Shown here: piece after piece, positions 51,562-61,295 of the stretch
Layout: every line of letters starts with the position of its first letter
Numbering within the stretch: the stretch's first letter is position 1
Virus record (IMG/VR): IMGVR_UViG_3300042731_005935
Coordinates: 19,164 to 83,163 of that record
Strand: one strand, 5' to 3'
DNA: 64,000 nucleotides
Source of the DNA: a virus
Translations under genes and position numbers: made by a program
Notes under the pieces: model-generated
The model's input: the letters and a program-made list of their open reading frames with translations, nothing else
Told to the model about the DNA's origin: nothing
The model's database searches: none

Positions 51562-51642
51562 GTTGGTTGATCGATATATTAGAAACACAATACAATATAA
51601 GACTTGATAATAAAATTGATCACCACTGCGTTCTCCTCATTG

Positions 51643-51731
51643 GATTACTAATTTGGAAGAAGACTCCAACCGGGTCAATGGTCAGTTGATTTGGTGGGAA
51701 TTGGCTGAAGTCTTCCTCCAAATTAGTAATC
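51643..51731 (-). other. Long RNA hairpin (29-bp stem with 3 G-U pairs, 31-nt loop)
   Basis: GATTACTAATTTGGAGGAAGACTTCAGCC ... GGTTGGAGTCTTCTTCCAAATTAGTAATC. Confidence 0.8.
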
Positions 51732-52643
51732 AAAACCAACGGCGCGTTTTATTTCCTCAACGTGGGTATTTTTTAATTTTCCAGGATCCTTGTATTTATT
51801 CAATTTTAGAATATGAGTTCTCCTGGCAATTGGCGCCAAGATGTTTGCGACTCGTTTTGATTCTCTTCGTCCTGTTTTATCATTATCATAAAATAAATAT
51901 AGGTTATTGATTTTCTTTGCTGCCAATTCCAATATACGTTGTGCAGTGATCTTTACTCCCATAAAACAAAATGTTCCATCACCCATCTTCCAAACATCAG
52001 TTGGACCTTCCACACAAAATGCATCTTTATATGGTTTGATGGAATCAAGGTTGTAAATTGCTTCACGTGGATCGATGACGCAATCCAGGCGTGCCGCTGC
52101 CTTGTATCTTAATTGTTGAGAATCTGTAACATCACGGGAAGTATAGGCGACAAGTTTATTATTTTGATAGATTGGAATGATGATTCGAAATTTGAATGGA
52201 CCGTGGGTATAACAGGCAAAAAGATTATATTTCCGTATAATCTGACGCGGGTTAAACCCACGGCTTTTAAGGTAGCGGAGATGGATGGAAGGGAATTCTT
52301 TTGTTGCCTCTGGAGGTAATTGGGCCCGTTGGAGTACATTAAAAGGAGATTTGGTGTTTTTATTTTCTGACGATTCATCTCCAACGGGTCCAGTTACATC
52401 CAGAGACTTAATAATTTTTTTTGCTTCTTTGAGAGTACAACCAACAATACTCTTAACAACATTGCCGAAATAATGGCTTCCACACTTCCAACAGGAAGTT
52501 TTCAGATCTGATTTCCGAATACCAAGGTGGTTGCTTTGATCATCACAAAACATACAATTGATATTAATCCAACCCTTGGCGACGTTCTTACCGCTCGTCC
52601 AGTACTGTACTCCATATTCCTCAAAGAAGTCTTTTAGATCCAT
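51723..52643 (-). CDS. DNA primase (Zn-finger + TOPRIM)
   Basis: CMFC..H, CWKC, RIIIPI, VEGPTD, YDND, KDPG. Confidence 0.92.
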   Translation of the reverse strand: MDLKDFFEEYGVQYWTSGKNVAKGWININCMFCDDQSNHLGIRKSDLKTSCWKCGSHYFGNVVKSIVGCTLKEAKKIIKSLDVTGPVGDESSENKNTKSPFNVLQRAQLPPEATKEFPSIHLRYLKSRGFNPRQIIRKYNLFACYTHGPFKFRIIIPIYQNNKLVAYTSRDVTDSQQLRYKAAARLDCVIDPREAIYNLDSIKPYKDAFCVEGPTDVWKMGDGTFCFMGVKITAQRILELAAKKINNLYLFYDNDKTGRRESKRVANILAPIARRTHILKLNKYKDPGKLKNTHVEEIKRAVGFDY

Positions 52644-53542
52644 TTAAAATCAATCCTTGCATTTGTGTTCTTGTCCGGCGAAAACAATTTGATTGCATTT
52701 TTTACAGGTGTAAGAGGTTGAATTCATCATAGAATCATATTTATTATGAAATGGCTTAAAACGAATTAATGCTTGACCGTTCATGCAGATCCAAATTCTA
52801 CCGTCTTCGGCGATTTGTATCCCGAAATCTCCATGAACTGCGCTGATTTTCATATCTTGTTCTATGGAGATAATTCCATCCTGGTGTGTTTCATCATATG
52901 GTTTAATTTTCTTCTTTTCTATTGCCATTATTTTATCCTTCTATATTAATTTTATATTGTATTGGTTCTGTTGAAATACTTTTTCCACACGGACATTTAA
53001 ATTCCTCATCTTCATCAAGATAAAAGTATTTTATTTTCCTACCACATGGACATCTTATTATAGAAGATTCAATATTTTCATTAGTTAATAACTGTCCATC
53101 AAATAATGTTATTTTATTTGTGTCTTTCATTTTTCCTCCTGTAAAGTTTACAATTTATTGCTATATCCATCTTCTTGTTCCAGCGTTCTTTGTTGAATAG
53201 TTTAACAGTTAACTTCCATTTTTTCTTCTCACACCCACAAGCGTTTTTCCTCCATGATAATTTTCCGATTGATCGGAAATGTTTACACCAGGCACAAAGT
53301 TTAATATCTGACATAATTAAATTCCTCTTTTAGATATCTCTCCATTTTTTTAAATCTACGGCGTAAAAATTTAAAATACTTTATACCTACTGTATTGTTA
53401 TATTTTTCTTTTAGTGTTTTTACTCCAGCTTTTTCAGGACTGCATAAAATTATATAATGTCCATATTTATTTCCAACTTTGTTGAAGCAAATTTCTGCTT
53501 TATCTAATTTTATATGCCTTATTCCACATTCTGGGCATTTTT

Positions 53543-55006
53543 TCATTTTAACCACCCGAGTTTTTGGTAAATGCCAAAACGGAGAACACTGTGTTCAGCA
53601 AGGTACTTATAAGGATCCATGAAATCTGTTAACCTGATTTTATTTTTATTCTCCGTTGTTCTTAAACCACGACCCATAGCCTGTTTGATTCCTTTTTCTT
53701 CTTTTAGACCGGCAGCATAAATAATATGCCGAAGTGCTGGAATATTGATACCTTCTTTCCACACCTTTGTGCATATCGCTACCATTTTCTTTTCTGTTTT
53801 CATTTTACTTTTGACATTCTGGCGAATAAATCGATCCATGCTACCTCTTACAAATGAGGCATATATCTTCCTTGATTTTAACATGCTTTTGAGGATTTCT
53901 CCATGCTCAATTTTATCCACAATAATTAATACCACTTCGCCAGCTTTGATACTTGTAATAGTATCGGAGACAATTAGTTTGTTCCGCTTTCGGTTTTTCA
54001 CAATTCCATATTGGTAACAATTAGTATATTTCCAACCACACTCCTTATTGGTCTCCACTGAATATGGAACACAAATCAGATTAACTTTAGGCTTTGCAAT
54101 GATGCCAATTTCCACTCCTTCTTCTACCGTCAATTCCGCGATTGTCGGTCCGAACAAACCCTCATTTACAAGTATTTCATATTCCTTGGTTGGCTCGGTA
54201 GCAGTTAAAGCAATTCGAATTGGAGCAAGGTTATGAGACATTAACTTGCCGTATTGTGAATCCTCTTTGGCTGCATGGTGTGCCTCGTCTACAATGACGG
54301 CATCAAAATACGTCATTTGGTACTGCCTCGGCGCTTTGGAGAATGATTGAATCGTGGAGACAAGTATCATTGAATCATAATTATCCAATGATGACCATGA
54401 AATCTTCTTGCCGCCACCAAGCTGGAAGTAATCAAACCCGAACTTGTCAAGTTCTTCACAAGTCTGGGTTAATAAATCTTTTGTGTGACATAGAAACAAA
54501 ATCCTTAACTGTGGAAACATCGACATAAAGCCGAGAGCAATTAAAGTCTTACCGGATCCGGTAGGAGCAATTACTCTTCCACGTTGCTTTATCGCCATTT
54601 TGCGGATTGCTCTTAATTGATCTTTTCGGAATGTGATATCTTTTAAATATGGTTTTTTATGCTTCGGTTTGATCTTATCTTGTTCGCCTTTGAATTTGAT
54701 TTTGATTCCGTTTTTTCTACATTGTTTTTTAATACGAGGAAGAAGGCCGGTGTAAAAGTGACCGGCTGTTCCTTTTCTACCAGTGATTAAGGGAGAGGTA
54801 GTTTCTTCTATTCCACCAGATGATCTAACTTTTTTATTTTTCTTTCCTTTTAGAGACGTTTCTTGGACCCAGCGTCCACGCTTATAGAATGTTGATTTAT
54901 ATGATAGGAATGGCAGGATAATACTTCTGGCATGTTTGTTTGCATGACAGTGAACACTATCTAATATTGTTATTACTGGATTACTATCTAAAACGTTTTT
55001 ACCCAT
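53543..55006 (-). CDS. SF2 DEAH helicase (UvsW-like)
   Basis: APTGSGKT, DEAHH, TAT, EGINIP, QAMGRGLR. Confidence 0.92.
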   Translation of the reverse strand: MGKNVLDSNPVITILDSVHCHANKHARSIILPFLSYKSTFYKRGRWVQETSLKGKKNKKVRSSGGIEETTSPLITGRKGTAGHFYTGLLPRIKKQCRKNGIKIKFKGEQDKIKPKHKKPYLKDITFRKDQLRAIRKMAIKQRGRVIAPTGSGKTLIALGFMSMFPQLRILFLCHTKDLLTQTCEELDKFGFDYFQLGGGKKISWSSLDNYDSMILVSTIQSFSKAPRQYQMTYFDAVIVDEAHHAAKEDSQYGKLMSHNLAPIRIALTATEPTKEYEILVNEGLFGPTIAELTVEEGVEIGIIAKPKVNLICVPYSVETNKECGWKYTNCYQYGIVKNRKRNKLIVSDTITSIKAGEVVLIIVDKIEHGEILKSMLKSRKIYASFVRGSMDRFIRQNVKSKMKTEKKMVAICTKVWKEGINIPALRHIIYAAGLKEEKGIKQAMGRGLRTTENKNKIRLTDFMDPYKYLAEHSVLRFGIYQKLGWLK

Positions 55007-55365
55007 CTTGATATCTCCTTAACCGCGGAGTCGGCAATCAGTTTTGATTTCCATATATCAGAGAAAACCTTGAAAATCATCCTCCGAGAAATCTTACCGA
55101 GTTTTGGAGTTTTGAATAATTCGAGAATTTCTTCTGGACAATTTAGGATTGTAGAAATGATTTCCTTTGCTTCATTTGAAAGCTGATCATATTCTTCCAT
55201 CTTTATCATGAGTCTTTCCGGGTTGATGTCTTGTGACCTGAAAATAACCTCATAACCAGCTTTAACATCATCCGTTTCATTTTCATTCCGTGCAATGCGT
55301 TGAATATTATTTTGGAGTAATTGAAACGCGCAAAGGTAGTTAAAGTAATTGACCTTTTTAGCCAT
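54988..55365 (-). CDS. Hypothetical protein
   Basis: ORF overlapping both neighbours. Confidence 0.55.
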   Translation of the reverse strand: MAKKVNYFNYLCAFQLLQNNIQRIARNENETDDVKAGYEVIFRSQDINPERLMIKMEEYDQLSNEAKEIISTILNCPEEILELFKTPKLGKISRRMIFKVFSDIWKSKLIADSAVKEISRWVKTF

Positions 55366-55993
55366 TTTGTCTCCTTCTCTTTGGGAGTCTTGTTTTCTTT
55401 ATTTCACGACGGCGTGGGAGTTTTGATGATGTTCCAGTGAGTTTGTCCTTTGAACTTCTAATGAGGGTGATTGTGGATCCGTTCGCCATTATAATATCTG
55501 GTTTTTTCTTCCGTCTTCGTGGTAATTTTGAGGATGGTTTGACGATTTTTGGTTTTGATTTCCGCCGAGGCAAGATGAAGCCTTTCGGCATTCCATTTTT
55601 CTTCTTATCCCGCCTCAGCAATTTAAAACCTTTTGGAGTTTTTCTCCTTGGTATTACTGCAACTTGTTTGTCGGTTTTAATTCCATATTTGTCGCACATA
55701 GGCTTGATAATAATTTGATATTGCCGGCACTTTTCACATTCATTGTACATTGCAGGATATTTACCATGCTTTGAATATGCATGTCCATAGAGACATGTTG
55801 ATAAGTGCTTCCGACAATTCAATTTATAACAATAAAAAATTGTCGCTGGCTTGAAACGGCGGCATGGGCGGGAATTGCTTTTAATGTCTTTCCGGCGTTT
55901 TATACAATATTTAGTGAGCTTCTTTTCCTTGGTACGGATACTTACAACCCGGCTGCCCATCCACTGTTCGCAATACAAGCAAGTGTGATTCAT
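55358..55993 (-). CDS. Cys-rich, highly basic protein with LP(R/K)RR repeats
   Basis: RBS AAGGAG; several CxxC motifs; repeated LPRR. Confidence 0.65.
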   Translation of the reverse strand: MNHTCLYCEQWMGSRVVSIRTKEKKLTKYCIKRRKDIKSNSRPCRRFKPATIFYCYKLNCRKHLSTCLYGHAYSKHGKYPAMYNECEKCRQYQIIIKPMCDKYGIKTDKQVAVIPRRKTPKGFKLLRRDKKKNGMPKGFILPRRKSKPKIVKPSSKLPRRRKKKPDIIMANGSTITLIRSSKDKLTGTSSKLPRRREIKKTRLPKRRRQNG

Positions 55994-56066
55994 TGCAGTA
56001 TCTCCTTACGAATAGTGAATCCTGGATTTTCTGGACAACTGACCATTTATTTGTTTATTGACCAAA

Positions 56067-56100
56067 ATTATACCTTAAACGATAATAAAGCAAAAGTCAA
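56067..56100 (-). promoter_or_regulatory. Probable sigma70 promoter of the replication operon
   Basis: TTGACT-N17-TAAGGT overlapping TATAAT, just after a terminator. Confidence 0.5.
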
Positions 56101-56103
56101 GAT

Positions 56104-56140
56104 AAAGAAAAGCGAGTCGGGATAAGCTCCCGACTCTGCT
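56104..56140 (-). terminator. Rho-independent terminator ending the early gene array
   Basis: AGCAGAGTCGGGA-GCTTA-TCCCGACTCGCT followed by TTTCTTT. Confidence 0.8.
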
Positions 56141-56145
56141 CTTGA

Positions 56146-57015
56146 TTAGATATCAAGTCTCCGTTTCAGTTCCAAATTTGGAACATTCTGGATCCGATCG
56201 ATAATCTTTCCCAACTTGCTACCCAACTTTATTCTCACCTGCTCATTATCTTTGAGCACCTCGGTGGAAGTTTTTTTCATTTCACGACGAAGGGAATTGA
56301 TAATATTTTTGAACTTTATCTGATCGACATGACCCTCCCACAAGTCTTCCCATTTTGTGATAAAGTTCTCCACGCTTTGAACGGTCGCAGCATTAATCGA
56401 GCCGCTTTCACACTGGGTTTCCAATGTTTTAACTCGCTTGTACAGGAGATTTCCGATCATATTAATGGTCATCTCTTCCATTTGGGACACCATATTTCGA
56501 AATTTTTCTGCCTCTTTCTTATATAGGGAAGGTGGCAGAACACCGCTGTCCTTATCAGGAATATCAAATTGGAAAAAGTTCCAGTAAAAATAGAACTTGC
56601 TCCGAAGTCCTTGCTTTGATGGATATTTTTGACTCTTGTAATATGCGGGATACCGTTTTCGGAATTCCCTTTTCAAAGCAGAGTAGCGGGACACAAGTTC
56701 CTCAGTCTTCGAATCATACTCCGCTCTGATTTCATTGAACAGGTCGTCCAATTCAGTAATTTTATGCTTTGGAACAAAGAAGACATTATCCACTGGGAAT
56801 GGCATCGAATTCATGAGCAAAGCATATTTGGCGCGCCGTCTCAAGTGCGCCAGATCATTTAAAATTGATCTATCGTGGATCAAATCTTGGCTTGCTTTCA
56901 TGATTTCCCTCGGAACTTTGTCGCCGAATTCATCTGGATTCAGTTTTGTGGAAGCGTTCCATCTACCCATCTTTAAGGAGCAGAGTACTCCTTCCTTTAA
57001 TCTGTCTTGATCCAT
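56146..57015 (-). CDS. DUF3150-like protein
   Basis: VLCSL.MGRW.ASTKL, PFPVDNVFFVP, YPSK..LRSKF; co-occurs with an AAA ATPase. Confidence 0.6.
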   Translation of the reverse strand: MDQDRLKEGVLCSLKMGRWNASTKLNPDEFGDKVPREIMKASQDLIHDRSILNDLAHLRRRAKYALLMNSMPFPVDNVFFVPKHKITELDDLFNEIRAEYDSKTEELVSRYSALKREFRKRYPAYYKSQKYPSKQGLRSKFYFYWNFFQFDIPDKDSGVLPPSLYKKEAEKFRNMVSQMEEMTINMIGNLLYKRVKTLETQCESGSINAATVQSVENFITKWEDLWEGHVDQIKFKNIINSLRREMKKTSTEVLKDNEQVRIKLGSKLGKIIDRIQNVPNLELKRRLDI

Positions 57016-57045
57016 TTTGTATCTCCTCTTCTAAAAGTTACTATC

Positions 57046-57085
57046 ATCTGGCAGGGTCGGCGTATACGCCGACCCTTTACCAGAT
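57046..57085 (-). other. Intergenic hairpin with a 24-bp perfect palindrome
   Basis: AGGGTCGGCGTATACGCCGACCCT (57053-57076) plus outer ATCTGG/CCAGAT. Confidence 0.75.
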
Positions 57086-58365
57086 TATTCCGTCGGATTT
57101 GCATCTGTTTTTGGAATGAAGTAAATATCATCAAATTCATTTTTCATCTGGATGATTTGGATAATCACTCCGACGCGGCGTGTGAGAACGCGAATGGTGC
57201 TGGCAAACTTGCTTTTAGCACGTTTATCATCCATGCCATGTTCTTTCTTGAGGAGTTCAAGTAAAGTGGCCTTCCGGATGGGTTTCTCCTTGATTGCATT
57301 TGCAATCGAATAGATAGGAGTTCCAGCACGTTTGCCGAATAGTGTCTCCGTTTTCTTTCTTCGTCTGGGTAATGTGGCGGATGCAGATTCTTCCTTGTCT
57401 CTCTTCTGGCGCCGCCGGGGCAGTTTCGTTGTTGCTTCTTTTTTGTCCTTTTTCTTGCGCCGCTTTGGTAACCTTGTCAACGTCTTTTTCGGCTCGGGTT
57501 TGTCTTCCGATTTCTTTTCGTCTTTTTCATCGGCCGCTTGTTTTTGCTTTTTCTTGTCTGCCTCTTTCTGCAGTGATTCGGGATAATCACATCCGGCGAG
57601 TTTATGGGCCTGACCGAAGGCTAATCGCGCTTTACTCAAGAATTCTTGAGACGGGAGTGCCTTGCCGTCCCAGGATTCTTTGATATTGTTGAGTAAGAGA
57701 AGCGCTTGGGATACCACTTCATGCTTGACACCATCAAAAAATATCCGATCGCCAGCAACATGCTTGATTCGATACGTGAAATTAGCTTTCATCTCTGCCA
57801 TAAACTGACCCTTGATCGATGAAAGCATATTGGCGAGCATCAACAATTGATTTTTGTCGGGCTCTTCTTTGTTCTCCGTAGCCGCCGGGTCATTCAATGG
57901 TAACTCCGGCTTTTCTTCTTTCGTTTCTTTTATTGGCTTGCTGTCTTTTTTCTTCCCGGCTGGGGCTGATTTCGGTTTTTTCTTTTTCGTCACTTCTTTT
58001 TTTGGAGTCTGCTTTTTCTTCTTTGCCGCTGCCTCTTTTTTTATATCTTTGTGAGTAGCGCCGGCCGCTTTCTCCGCGTCTGAATGATCCGAAGGGTTGA
58101 TCTTGCCAGCCGCTTCTTTCTTCGGCTGTTCAACTTCAATCCCTTCCTTTGCGGAAATTCCGGCTGCTTGAATCAGGCCTTTATAGACGGCACCACGCAT
58201 ACATTTTTTGCATGAAACATTATTCACCGTCTTGTCATCTTCCGGAAGCATTTCTCTTTTCCGGTCGCACAAGGTGAAAACGTCATCCACGATAATGTGG
58301 ACAACTTTACCGTCGCCTTTAGCGTAACCGCTGACCTGACCTGTTTCTTGTTTCTTGTCTGTCAT
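57085..58365 (-). CDS. Lys-rich low-complexity protein, probably DNA-binding
   Basis: RBS AGGAGG; N-terminal H/C zinc motif; LP(K/R)RR repeats; C-terminal wHTH-like segment. Confidence 0.65.
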   Translation of the reverse strand: MTDKKQETGQVSGYAKGDGKVVHIIVDDVFTLCDRKREMLPEDDKTVNNVSCKKCMRGAVYKGLIQAAGISAKEGIEVEQPKKEAAGKINPSDHSDAEKAAGATHKDIKKEAAAKKKKQTPKKEVTKKKKPKSAPAGKKKDSKPIKETKEEKPELPLNDPAATENKEEPDKNQLLMLANMLSSIKGQFMAEMKANFTYRIKHVAGDRIFFDGVKHEVVSQALLLLNNIKESWDGKALPSQEFLSKARLAFGQAHKLAGCDYPESLQKEADKKKQKQAADEKDEKKSEDKPEPKKTLTRLPKRRKKKDKKEATTKLPRRRQKRDKEESASATLPRRRKKTETLFGKRAGTPIYSIANAIKEKPIRKATLLELLKKEHGMDDKRAKSKFASTIRVLTRRVGVIIQIIQMKNEFDDIYFIPKTDANPTE

Positions 58366-58378
58366 GATGTTCCTCCTT

Positions 58379-58424
58379 ATCTAATTTGAATGAATAAAAC
58401 TTAATCTAATTTGAACGAATGAAA
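58379..58424. repeat. Two 21-bp direct repeats, period 25
   Basis: ATCTAATTTGAATGAATAAAA / ATCTAATTTGAACGAATGAAA. Confidence 0.7.
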
Positions 58425-58649
58425 TCTAAAAAATTGGAATGATATACTCCGGATAAAATTGAACTTCATCCTTTTTAATCTTCTTCTTTTTTACCTCCCT
58501 TCTAACTGAAAGTCGATGGTGTTTTGATATCAGTGATACCTCACCAAAATCAATTTGTTTCACAAGCACCGTATGGGTATTTATTTTAATGACCATTCCG
58601 GTTTTTCTTCCAGTAGACGTTTTGAAAGTCGCAAACACGATGCCCTCCT

Positions 58650-60047
58650 TTAATTGATATCAAGTCTTCGTTTAACAACTTCTTCCGCGTTTTTATCTGC
58701 GGGGACACACCTTACTTTTGCCCAGTCACGTAAAGCGTTTATTTCCTGTGACATTGTTTGGGCAATTGGGATAATGAACTGCTTTGACTCTTCGAGGGAA
58801 CATTTTTTCATTCTTGACACGTTGACCAATGCTTCGATTTCAGCACCGGAGAAGTTGCTCATTTCCGGTACACCCTTTGCTTTGATCTTGTGTTTCTTGG
58901 CGTAGAATTGGAGGATGGTCTTCCGTGTTTCATCTCCAGGCAGATCAATATAAAAAGGAGAAGTATCCCAGCGACCAGGCCGGAGATACTCAGGCGGGAT
59001 GCCAATGAAACTGTTTGCAGTTCCGGCAATGTAGACACCTTCAGGGCGGTTTTGAAGAAAATCTAACCATTTGCTTAGTGCTCTTTTGCTTGTACCGTGA
59101 TCGCCATCTCCGCTTCCACCAGCCCCAGCAAATTGCTTTTCAAATTCATCAATTAAGACAAAGCAATCACCAATTGCAGTGATGATGGAAATAACCATAT
59201 CGACATTTTTATCGGTATCACCGATGAACTTGGAGAAAAGTTTTCCCATATCCACAATGAGACCGAACTTTCCAGTTTCGCCGACGATTGCTTCAGCAAG
59301 AGAAGTCTTTCCGCAGCCTGGAGGGCCGACGAATAAAACTCCTTTTGCTGTTGGGTCTTCGATTGTATCAAGTATGAAGTTTTTAACAGCATCATACCCA
59401 ACAACATCGGAGAAATTTCTGTTTGCTGGAATAACTCTCAAGAAACCAGTTTTGGAAAGCGCCTGTGCCTTATATGCGTTAATTGTTTCGGTGTCAATCT
59501 TTTTGTTCCGAATCAGCGACAAGGAGAAAACACTCTCTAATTCCTTGCGTGTCAACCCCTTCGAAAACCGGACGATTTTCTCCAAGTCTTCATCTGTTGG
59601 CATGAATTTTTCTTCCGGAACAATGTGATTGATAGTAGAAACAATTGCTTCCCTACCTGGTAACTCCATTTCCATAACAAGGATATCCTTGTCAAGTTCT
59701 GCTGGGATTTCGATTTTGTGGGAGACAATCACGAAACACTTGCCGGCCGCAGCCCATAGTGGGAAAGCATTTTTGATTGCTTGAATTGGCTGCGGCTTTC
59801 CAATGAACCAGTGATAATTGAAGGCGAACATGACCGAATTGTCATCTCCTTCAATTAGTTTTTTGATCGGTTCCATTGGATCGGGAGATTGAATTAAATC
59901 CCAGTAATGTGTGGAGAAGTTGATTCGATCATAAGACTTGATCATCGGCTCAATTTCTCTTTGCACCCGTTCTGGCTCGTCAGTCTTTAACCAGATTACT
60001 GGGAAACCAGCCCGAAGATAATCAACCATTTCTGTGTGGTGAATCAT
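58650..60047 (-). CDS. Ycf46-like AAA+ ATPase
   Basis: LRAGFPVIW..TDEPER, GPPGCGKT, IDEFEK, TAN, LRPGRWD, FSGAEIE, LRDWA. Confidence 0.88.
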   Translation of the reverse strand: MIHHTEMVDYLRAGFPVIWLKTDEPERVQREIEPMIKSYDRINFSTHYWDLIQSPDPMEPIKKLIEGDDNSVMFAFNYHWFIGKPQPIQAIKNAFPLWAAAGKCFVIVSHKIEIPAELDKDILVMEMELPGREAIVSTINHIVPEEKFMPTDEDLEKIVRFSKGLTRKELESVFSLSLIRNKKIDTETINAYKAQALSKTGFLRVIPANRNFSDVVGYDAVKNFILDTIEDPTAKGVLFVGPPGCGKTSLAEAIVGETGKFGLIVDMGKLFSKFIGDTDKNVDMVISIITAIGDCFVLIDEFEKQFAGAGGSGDGDHGTSKRALSKWLDFLQNRPEGVYIAGTANSFIGIPPEYLRPGRWDTSPFYIDLPGDETRKTILQFYAKKHKIKAKGVPEMSNFSGAEIEALVNVSRMKKCSLEESKQFIIPIAQTMSQEINALRDWAKVRCVPADKNAEEVVKRRLDIN

Positions 60048-60080
60048 AATACTACCTCCTTTAATAATGTGTTATTGTTC

Positions 60081-60143
60081 TGGCTACCATCGTCAGGTCA
60101 TACCCACCACAGTATGACGACGGGTCAAAAGACCCGTTTCGGT
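60081..60143 (-). ncRNA. Type II hammerhead ribozyme HH1 (predicted cut between 60119 and 60118)
   Basis: ACC GAAAC GGGUC-UUUU-GACCC GUC / GUCAUAC-UGUGGUGG-GUAUGAC CUGACGA U GGU AGCCA. Confidence 0.93.
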
Positions 60144-60154
60144 ATTATTCTCCC

Positions 60155-60529
60155 TTAATATATGGTTAACTTCATTTGGATATCGCCGTTTTGCTGTTCG
60201 ATTGTGATATTATCCCAAAGCGTGGTATCGATGTTTTGCTTCACCACCTCCATGTTGTAATCTTGGAGCAGATCGCCAAATTGATCCATGCTGCCTGTTT
60301 GACTTCCGAAATTATCATAATGGATTCGTCCTTCTTCGTCGATGATTAAAGGATACCTCCATTTGGATAACTCGATCTTGGCGACGCCTGAATGGGTCTG
60401 GTCGCGGTAGAATTCTCCGGTCACCTTGCCGTTTGCAACTTGCGTGAAAGTAATTCCTTTTCCAAGGCAAACTTTCTTTAGGGAATTCAGATCGGTGATT
60501 TTGTGTTTGAAAATGGATATGTGGCTCAT
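60155..60529 (-). CDS. DUF1257 (Ycf35-like) protein
   Basis: MSHIS....ITD...L..; lies with DUF2997 and the Ycf46-like ATPase. Confidence 0.7.
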   Translation of the reverse strand: MSHISIFKHKITDLNSLKKVCLGKGITFTQVANGKVTGEFYRDQTHSGVAKIELSKWRYPLIIDEEGRIHYDNFGSQTGSMDQFGDLLQDYNMEVVKQNIDTTLWDNITIEQQNGDIQMKLTIY

Positions 60530-60981
60530 GCTTTACTCCTTTTCCTCATAATGAATTGATCCCCAGAAACACCTGGATGGAATTGAGTCGGCCAGTGGCA
60601 AACAAGTTCGAAGCCATGCTTTTCTTCAAATTCTTGGATTATGGAAAGTAAATCCTTTGACTTGATTTTAAACTTTTTCGAGAAGTCAATTGGCATCGAC
60701 CATGTTCCGTTGCCGTCTGCAATTCCCCCTTGAACATCTCCCATATTGATATGGAAGCATAACATGGTGATTTTATTTTTTGCCATCTTTACCCCTTTTT
60801 TTGTTATTGGTTCAACCCATGTTTCAAGCGGGAAGTGGCAACGTTCACCACCAAGTCCTTCTCTTCGGAGTAGTTTGAGGACTTCTTCCGCTTGTTCCTT
60901 GGTATCATGTTTATCGGTTGTCATATCATTATAGAATCCGTGACATGGATCCCATTTAGCACATGATTTCCAATTTTTCAT
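60526..60981 (-). CDS. Hypothetical protein
   Basis: RBS GGAGGT. Confidence 0.55.
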   Translation of the reverse strand: MKNWKSCAKWDPCHGFYNDMTTDKHDTKEQAEEVLKLLRREGLGGERCHFPLETWVEPITKKGVKMAKNKITMLCFHINMGDVQGGIADGNGTWSMPIDFSKKFKIKSKDLLSIIQEFEEKHGFELVCHWPTQFHPGVSGDQFIMRKRSKA

Positions 60982-60991
60982 AGAACACCTC

Positions 60992-61204
60992 CTATCCGCA
61001 CCAGCCAGAGGGAAGACCGTCAGTTCCGCAGATGATCTGCTTTTCTTCTTCCTCATAGTAAGAGGGTTTGAGGTTGTGTTCCTCGGGTTCGCCAAAGATC
61101 CGTTTCAGGAAAGCAGTTTTCTCCAGACACTCACTACCTTTAAATCCGGTTGCTTCTGCTTTCACCGAGCCATCCTTTCCAAACGTAATAACTACCTGTC
61201 TCAT
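60992..61204 (-). CDS. DUF2997-family protein
   Basis: ITFGKDGSVKAEATGFKGSECLEKT..L...G......KPSYY. Confidence 0.8.
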   Translation of the reverse strand: MRQVVITFGKDGSVKAEATGFKGSECLEKTAFLKRIFGEPEEHNLKPSYYEEEEKQIICGTDGLPSGWCG

Positions 61205-61231
61205 GTTTTTTCTCCTTTCGTGTTAAGTTTC

Positions 61232-61295
61232 TGGCTCCATCGTCAGGGTATGACCACCACGTCATACCGACCGGGAAGTATTTCCCGGTTTCGGT
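61232..61295 (-). ncRNA. Type II hammerhead ribozyme HH2 (cut 61269/61268)
   Basis: ACC GAAAC CGGGAA-AUAC-UUCCCG GUC / GGUAUGAC-GUGGUG-GUCAUACC CUGACGA U GG AGCCA. Confidence 0.93.
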
